A DNA stretch of 64,000 nucleotides from Arenicellales bacterium (GTDB lineage: Bacteria; Pseudomonadota; Gammaproteobacteria; Arenicellales; Poriferihabitantaceae), in the NCBI GenBank assembly GCA_965116595.1, contig OZ220708.1, positions 1,460,596 to 1,524,595 of the forward strand, in the 5' to 3' direction. A program made the position numbers and the translations under genes. Positions within the stretch are counted from its first letter, which is position 1. Each line of letters begins with the position of its first letter. Positions 58,372 to 64,000 of the stretch are shown here, one piece after another. Under the pieces are notes generated by a model. The model saw nothing but the letters and a program-made list of their open reading frames with translations, made no database searches and had not been told where the DNA came from.

Positions 58372-59567
58372 TGTCTTATTCATCCCCGGTCGAGGTCGAC
58401 GGCAGGAAGATGACCGTGGTTTACGACGCCGCGCAATTGCCTATATCGACCAGAGCCAGCCAGCGGCAGAAGTCGCGGGAAGTCCGCCGCCACCTGGCCC
58501 GGACGCGCACGAAGTACTGTTTCGCAGCATCCAGCGCCGGCGAGGGCATCGAAGTCTGGTGGTCCGCCGAAGAGCGGGGCGTGTCGATTGCGGCGAGCCT
58601 GGAGCGCTGGCATTCGACGGCTTTGGAGGAGAGCGACGACACCCCGGATGACTGCGTGGTCATCCTGTCGTTCGACAAAAACCTGTACCTGGCCGAATTT
58701 GCCGACGGGCTGGTTAAAAAAGAACGGGTCGTCGACGGCAACGGCGCGCAGGAACACCTGGATCGTTACCGGGCCGAAAACCGGGTAATGCACGGTTTTG
58801 CGGCGGGCCGCGGTACGGGCCTGGCGGAACGATATGTCGAGCTCAAGCCGCTGCCGTTCGAGCCCGGGGAGTACCGTTTCGAGCGGGCGCTCGCGGCGTT
58901 TTTGCGCCACCGGCTGTGGCATCCGATGGCGGTGGCGCCGGTACTGGCCGTGGCCGCGATGGCGGCGCTGAGCCAGGTTGACGTGATCACGCTGTGGGAC
59001 CGGGTCATGCAGGGCGACCGGGTCGATTCAGACGAACCGCAAAAACCGGATATCCCGATTGTCAGCCATGCTGGCGGAATCATGCTGCGCGAGCTGGTCA
59101 GGTTCATGCGAGACCTGGACGTATTGTACGGCGACGGCTTGCAGCGACTGGAATTCACGCCCCCATCGAGCATCGTATTGAGCGGACGATCACCGGAATA
59201 TCCATCGGGGGCAAAGGTCTTTGCCGACCAGCGCCGGGGCTGGCTCAGGTGGAACTCGGCGGGCTGGGTGATCAATATGGACATCGCCATACCGGACATG
59301 GTGGAGAAAACGCCGATACAGACCGAGGCGCTGCTGGAGAACATGTCGCGGGGCTGGCCGGCCCTGGGCCTGGTCGAGGGTCCGATCCCCGGCCATATCA
59401 ACACCACGCGGTTCAGCGTGGACCAGGGTGACATCAACACATTCGACTTGATGGATATCGCGCAGCGCCTCGACGGCTATCCGGCGGTGATCAGCTACCT
59501 GTCCTGCAAATACGCGGATTACCGCCTGTCCGATTGTGAAATATCCATCGAAACCAAAACATTATGA
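58371..59567 (+). CDS. pilO: PilO-like type IVb pilus assembly protein
   Basis: 398 aa. Assigned by its position in a pilL-N-O-P-Q-R-S-V order. No strong motif. Confidence 0.45.
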   Translation: MSYSSPVEVDGRKMTVVYDAAQLPISTRASQRQKSREVRRHLARTRTKYCFAASSAGEGIEVWWSAEERGVSIAASLERWHSTALEESDDTPDDCVVILSFDKNLYLAEFADGLVKKERVVDGNGAQEHLDRYRAENRVMHGFAAGRGTGLAERYVELKPLPFEPGEYRFERALAAFLRHRLWHPMAVAPVLAVAAMAALSQVDVITLWDRVMQGDRVDSDEPQKPDIPIVSHAGGIMLRELVRFMRDLDVLYGDGLQRLEFTPPSSIVLSGRSPEYPSGAKVFADQRRGWLRWNSAGWVINMDIAIPDMVEKTPIQTEALLENMSRGWPALGLVEGPIPGHINTTRFSVDQGDINTFDLMDIAQRLDGYPAVISYLSCKYADYRLSDCEISIETKTL

Positions 59568-59576
59568 GGGATTGAC

Positions 59577-60305
59577 ATGAAAATGACCGCAGAAGCCCTG
59601 GCGCTGTTGTGCATCGGGATGCTCGCAAATCCAATGGCCGGGTCGGCCCGGACAGGGGACCCGGAAACATCCGGGCAGGGGCAACCGACCGCTCCGCCGC
59701 CGGCAGCTTCGACACCGGCCGCTCCGCCGCCGCCAGCGACCCCGGAGGATTACACGGCGTATATCCGTCCGCTGGACAAGCTGCGGACTGAATTGTCCGA
59801 GCAGCAGGCATTGCTGGAAACGGTGGTCGATATCACCGCCAAAATCGCTGAACTGCGCAACCAGGACAGCCGATCCGACTTCCTGGTCCTGTTCGACGAG
59901 GATTTGAGCCAGGCAGAGAGAATCAAGGCGGTATTGTCGGATACCGGTCATGCCCGGTCAGACGAACTGGCGGTTATCCGGGAAGAGATCGAATTCCTGA
60001 AGCAAATGTACATACAGACGCTGCAGGTACGGGAAACCGGCGCGATCATCACTACAGATGCTGCGGGGCCCTGGGCGCCCGGACTCTCGAGCATCCGCTA
60101 TGTACAGGCCGCGGACGGCGGAACGGCCGGGTTCGTATCGTTCATCACCGGCGCGGGCGTCCCGGTCGTCCTGAAAGCGGACGAGTCCATCACCATCGCC
60201 GGGAAAACGATTTTACTGGATTCGGTCAAGTCCGCATCCGGCGGGCGTATCGGCATCCATTTCGTGATCGACGGCAAACCTTCGACCGTTTATTACCCGC
60301 AATGA
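59577..60305 (+). CDS. pilP: PilP-like type IVb pilus protein
   Basis: 242 aa. Signal peptide and a Pro-rich linker. The assignment is positional. Confidence 0.45.
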   Translation: MKMTAEALALLCIGMLANPMAGSARTGDPETSGQGQPTAPPPAASTPAAPPPPATPEDYTAYIRPLDKLRTELSEQQALLETVVDITAKIAELRNQDSRSDFLVLFDEDLSQAERIKAVLSDTGHARSDELAVIREEIEFLKQMYIQTLQVRETGAIITTDAAGPWAPGLSSIRYVQAADGGTAGFVSFITGAGVPVVLKADESITIAGKTILLDSVKSASGGRIGIHFVIDGKPSTVYYPQ

Positions 60306-61849
60306 AAAGATTCCTGTCAAGAAGCACGCCCACGCCGACTCCCGAAGCCGCATCCGGCGCCTGGACGACGGACAACCAGATCAACGATTACATCGAGTCC
60401 AACCAACTCGACGCGATGGTGCGTCCAACCGGAGAAATCGCCGCCGCGGGGAACGTGGACCGCCGCCTGCTTCGCGGCCTGCGGATGATCGTCAAGAGCC
60501 GACTTTCGGTCGAAAGCACGGTGACGATGGTGTCGCCCATCGAGCTGCGGCAGTTGAGAGATAAAAGCGCCATCCCAAAAACCGGGGTTCAGCGATCATC
60601 CGCGATCCAGGCCGGCAATGCGACGGTTGAATATGTGCTGGCAAAAGCGGTCGAAGCGGGGGCCAGCGATATCTACCTGGATATCCGCAGGGAGGCCGCG
60701 ATCCTGTCGTTCCGCATATTCGGCGTGATTGCGCGTATCGAGGAATTCGACGTGGAAATCGCCAGGGGCGTGGCGCGCGGCTTATGGAACCGTTCCGGGC
60801 GCTCGCAGTGGGTGGAATCGGATCCGGTCGACACGGCCTTCACTTATGTCCACGAAGGACATGAGTACCGCATCCGGGGGAGTTCGCTGAAAGACACGCG
60901 AGGCAATACCATCGTGTGCCGGGTGCGCGATCCAGGCTACATACTGCCGCTCGACCAAAGCGGTTACAGCGACCACCAGGTTTCGTTGATTCAGCGCATC
61001 TGCATGGCGCCGGGCGGACTGATCCTGATCACCGGGGAAACCAATTCCGGCAAATCGACGACGATGGCGGCGTTGATGGATGCTTCGTCCCGCAATCAGC
61101 GCATGATCGAGATCGCGGACCCGTGCGAGGTCGAGTTCGATCACTGCACGCACGTCGAACTGGATCATTACCGCGATGACGCCGATGAAGCCTTCAAAAA
61201 CATACTGGCGGCGACCGTGAGGCAGAACCCGGATGCGCTGGTGCTGGGAGAAATCCGGGACGGGATCACCGCCCGGGCCGCCCAGAACATGGCGATCCAG
61301 GGCAAGCGGGTGTATTCGACGCTGCACACGCAATCCTGTGTGGCCGCGATCCCCCGCCTGGCCAGCTTCGGGGTTGATCACCACCTGTTGTCGCTGCGGG
61401 AATTCATCGCAGGCATCGTCAACCAGAACCTGGCGCCGCTGGTCTGTCAGCGCTGTTGCCGGAACCGGCATGACGACGCCGACAAGGATCGCCGCTACCG
61501 TGCCCTGTTTGGCCCGGACCTCCGGTATATCAACCCGGACGGCTGCGACGAATGCGTGTCCGGCGTGTCCGGCCAGACACTGGTCGCGGAAGTCTACCCG
61601 TTCTTCCTGGATCGCAAGGATGCCCACAAGTTCATCTCCAACCATGAACTGTTCCGCCTGGAATCCTACATGAGAAGGGAGTTCGACATCGAATCGAAAC
61701 AGGATCACGCCAGGGGCAAGGTGCGCCTCGGATTGATCGACCCTGAAAAGACCGAAGAGATCATCGGTGAATGGACTATGGATCATACGCCGGAATCGAT
61801 GGACTCGATGGTTGCGGACCATTCGGCGGGAGAGCGTGGATGCGCCTGA
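60302..61849 (+). CDS. pilQ: Type IV pilus assembly ATPase (GspE/PilB family, PilQ of IVb systems)
   Basis: 515 aa. Walker A 'GETNSGKST', 'LVLGEIRD', and tetracysteine 'CQRCC...CDEC'. Confidence 0.85.
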   Translation: MKRFLSRSTPTPTPEAASGAWTTDNQINDYIESNQLDAMVRPTGEIAAAGNVDRRLLRGLRMIVKSRLSVESTVTMVSPIELRQLRDKSAIPKTGVQRSSAIQAGNATVEYVLAKAVEAGASDIYLDIRREAAILSFRIFGVIARIEEFDVEIARGVARGLWNRSGRSQWVESDPVDTAFTYVHEGHEYRIRGSSLKDTRGNTIVCRVRDPGYILPLDQSGYSDHQVSLIQRICMAPGGLILITGETNSGKSTTMAALMDASSRNQRMIEIADPCEVEFDHCTHVELDHYRDDADEAFKNILAATVRQNPDALVLGEIRDGITARAAQNMAIQGKRVYSTLHTQSCVAAIPRLASFGVDHHLLSLREFIAGIVNQNLAPLVCQRCCRNRHDDADKDRRYRALFGPDLRYINPDGCDECVSGVSGQTLVAEVYPFFLDRKDAHKFISNHELFRLESYMRREFDIESKQDHARGKVRLGLIDPEKTEEIIGEWTMDHTPESMDSMVADHSAGERGCA

Positions 61850-62871
61850 CTGATATCCGCAACTGGATCAACCAGACCCTGGTATTCCCGCGCCAGCACC
61901 GCCTGCTGTTTTATTCGGTCATCGGCGCCCAACTGCGTGCAGGAGTGACGCTTATCTCTGCCTGCGAAACGCTGGCAAAACTGAACGATTTGTTGCCGGC
62001 CCTATGCAGGATCGCAAAAGCCGGCGCCCAGGCGGGCTATGAAGGCCGCTCCGTGATCGACGGCCTGGCGGATACCGGGATGCTGCCGGAAGTGGATATC
62101 GGCGTGTTCCGGGTCGCCGAATCGTGCGGCGCCCTGGTCGAAGCGATCGAGGCGGTCGAATCACGCGCAGCGGACAAGCTGGGATTCGCCGACCGGGTCG
62201 TCATACCCAATCTCTACTACGCATTCCTGTTCACCATCCTGATCTTCTTTGCAGTTGAAGCGGAGGACTTCGCGGAGGGCCTTTTTATCGGCGGCGCATC
62301 GGACAACATGGCGATCAGGCTGAGCGTTTGGCTGAACACCTGGGGCGCCGTGACCGGCGCCGGCGTCATCGCGCTGGTATCCGTGGTCGCCCACGGGAAA
62401 ATGTCCTGGACCGGGCATGCGCGGCGCGCGCTGCTGTTTTTTGATACCGAGGCCCGCTACCAGGTCGGCATCCGTTTCTGTTCGCTGGCTGAAATGTTGT
62501 CCAGGAACGGAGCCAGCCATATTGAAATACTCGAAGCAGCCGAAGCAGTGATGCGCGGTCGATTCACGCAACATCACATCCGCTCCGCCAAAACCGCGAT
62601 GAATGCACACGGCAGGGCCTTTGAGGACGCGATCGGCGGCGGCCTGCTGAGCGTCGAGCATGCCGAACTGCTGTCCGGCATGACGCCGGGCGGGCGGCGC
62701 GACCTCTATGCGCAGGCGTTCCGGACGGTAGGGCTGGTGCAAAAAAGAATACTCGAAACCCTCTATATGGCGGCGGAAGGGATGTTCCGGGCATTCCTGC
62801 TCCTGTCGATCATGCTGCTGCTGATCACGATGGGCAAGGGCCTGTACACGATGCTCACCAATATAACCTGA
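61840..62871 (+). CDS. pilR: Type IV pilus platform protein (GspF-like, PilR of IVb systems)
   Basis: Polytopic protein after the ATPase gene. The ATG at 61840 (MRLTDIRNW) is preferred. Confidence 0.65.
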   Translation: MRLTDIRNWINQTLVFPRQHRLLFYSVIGAQLRAGVTLISACETLAKLNDLLPALCRIAKAGAQAGYEGRSVIDGLADTGMLPEVDIGVFRVAESCGALVEAIEAVESRAADKLGFADRVVIPNLYYAFLFTILIFFAVEAEDFAEGLFIGGASDNMAIRLSVWLNTWGAVTGAGVIALVSVVAHGKMSWTGHARRALLFFDTEARYQVGIRFCSLAEMLSRNGASHIEILEAAEAVMRGRFTQHHIRSAKTAMNAHGRAFEDAIGGGLLSVEHAELLSGMTPGGRRDLYAQAFRTVGLVQKRILETLYMAAEGMFRAFLLLSIMLLLITMGKGLYTMLTNIT

Positions 62872-62899
62872 AAAATTCACAAACCACGAGGAAATAAAA

Positions 62900-63352
62900 A
62901 TGAAAGAACTGTTGAGAACGAGAAAAGAAGAAGGGCTGACTCTCCCTGAAATGCTGGTGTGGCTGGGTGTGTTCGCGGTGGTCGGCTCGTTCGTTGCGGT
63001 GCAGGGCGGGGGCATCCTGTCCGGCACCCGCCTGGAGCAGGCGAACCAGGAAGTGCAAAGCGTGATACTGGCCGCGCAAACCTGGCGCAGCCTGAAGGGC
63101 AATTACACCGGCATCACCATCAAGGAACTGGAGGAGAACGGCTACAACATCAATTTCTCGCTGAATGGCAACAACGGGGTCAATCTGTACGATGAGAACG
63201 TGGCAATCGCATCGTCCGCAGCGCAGGACGCCGAGATTACATACGTCACTACGTCGGAAAAAGACTGCAATCAACTGAAGGACCGGGTTGAAAAGTTGCC
63301 GAACATCACCGGCGGGGCCTGCGCCACTGTCACACTGACGTTTGACCTGTAG
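62900..63352 (+). CDS. pilS: Type IVb prepilin (PilS-like)
   Basis: 150 aa. A long basic leader, then 'GLTLPEMLVWLGVFAVVGSFVAV'. SD 'gagg' upstream. Confidence 0.7.
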   Translation: MKELLRTRKEEGLTLPEMLVWLGVFAVVGSFVAVQGGGILSGTRLEQANQEVQSVILAAQTWRSLKGNYTGITIKELEENGYNINFSLNGNNGVNLYDENVAIASSAAQDAEITYVTTSEKDCNQLKDRVEKLPNITGGACATVTLTFDL

Positions 63353-63363
63353 GCGGGAAGCCG

Positions 63364-63810
63364 ATGAATCCCGCCGAGATCATCCTCATCCTCTTTATCC
63401 TGTTCGTCCTGGCGCTTGCCGGGACGCGCAGCCTGCAATCGCGTGATGAGGCGGAACTGTCACGCGACGTCGAGGCGGCGCGCGACCTGGCCCTGGCGTA
63501 TGCCAACCTCGAGTGTTCGAGCCCGGCCGGAGCGGTCACACTGGCAACCGCGGCCGCGGCGCTGGGCGCGACTGTCCGGATCCGGCGCCCGAACCGCTGG
63601 CGCATTGCGCTGACGCCGCGTCCAGGGCTGACCGGGCCCGCGGTCTCGCTCCAGTACCGGGTCGGAGCCGATACCTGGCAGTGGGTTCATCTGCTGAATA
63701 CCTACCCGGCCACAGCCCAAACGGGCCATGTCCGCCTGCACGTTCATCGCCGACCCGGGACCGCGAATCGGCGCGGGTTCCAGGGGTTGCTGGAGAGTGC
63801 GCTATGCTGA
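63364..63810 (+). CDS. Hypothetical membrane-anchored protein in the pilus cluster
   Basis: 148 aa with an N-terminal TM segment 'IILILFILFVLALAG'. No family recognised. Confidence 0.35.
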   Translation: MNPAEIILILFILFVLALAGTRSLQSRDEAELSRDVEAARDLALAYANLECSSPAGAVTLATAAAALGATVRIRRPNRWRIALTPRPGLTGPAVSLQYRVGADTWQWVHLLNTYPATAQTGHVRLHVHRRPGTANRRGFQGLLESALC

Positions 63811-64000
63811 TCGACAGGGGAATCATGAAAACCAGGGATTATGAAAGCGGCTTCACGCTGCTGGAGCTCACCATTGCCCTGGCGGTCATAGCGGCGCTGG
63901 CGGGCGGCTGGTATCAATGGAAACAATCCGTGCTGAGGGAATCCATCGCGCAGAGGACCGCGGATGGCATCGTGCTGATCGAGGAAGCCCTGTACAGCTA
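63804..64000 (+). CDS. pilV: Prepilin-type minor pilin (PilV-like), 3' end cut by window edge
   Basis: 'ESGFTLLELTIALAVIAALAGG' is a classical type IV prepilin cleavage/methylation motif. Confidence 0.65.
   Translation, partial: MLIDRGIMKTRDYESGFTLLELTIALAVIAALAGGWYQWKQSVLRESIAQRTADGIVLIEEALYS

Noticed and set aside
60782-63102. 346-aa and 313-aa minus-strand ORFs (60782-61822, 62161-63102)
   Set aside because: They are antisense to the pilQ ATPase and the pilR platform genes, which carry clear motifs. Their composition is that of a GC-rich shadow frame.

Overview
The window appears to come from a gammaproteobacterium-like genome. No similarity search was possible, so all calls rest on reading the supplied translations for motifs and reading the DNA by eye.

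**1-16.2 kb: mostly housekeeping genes.**
- These are a ProW-like permease, ilvE, an EamA transporter, rarA, a CPA2 antiporter, moaC-moeA, a PhyH dioxygenase, ABM and GFA proteins, two oxidoreductases, greB, an Atm1-like ABC exporter, and DUF1737-trhO.
- A small AT-rich islet at 8.5-10.8 kb interrupts them. It holds a stand-alone PD-(D/E)xK nuclease candidate, a diverged greB 5' remnant, and parDE.

**16.4 kb to the window end: a conjugative element.**
- Transfer genes: a DUF3577 ICE protein, trbB/virB11 (inverted), traG/virD4, a traF peptidase, an Lnt-like acyltransferase, then trbCDEJLFGI, followed directly by a type IVb thin-pilus cluster (pilL-N-O-P-Q-R-S-V).
- About 26 kb of mosaic cargo (21.6-48.1 kb) splits the transfer genes.
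- Cargo, first half: a Tat-dependent dienelactone hydrolase, a vapC remnant, a BglII/BstYI-family R-M system with an RHH gene, and a Dam-like methylase + DGQHR (DndB-like) protein + two unknown proteins.
- Cargo, second half: a DUF488 fusion, a Druantia type III-like DruH/DruE pair (DruE split by two frameshifts), IS481/IS3/resolvase remnants, a DUF2971 protein, a Ser-type tRNA with anticodon UUA (predicted ochre suppressor), a wHTH + HEPN pair (frameshifted), an autotransporter beta-domain remnant, and an IS110-family element sitting in REP-like palindromes.

**Most interesting candidates.**
- The Dam/DGQHR/unknown operon.
- The suppressor-type tRNA.
- The Druantia-like pair.
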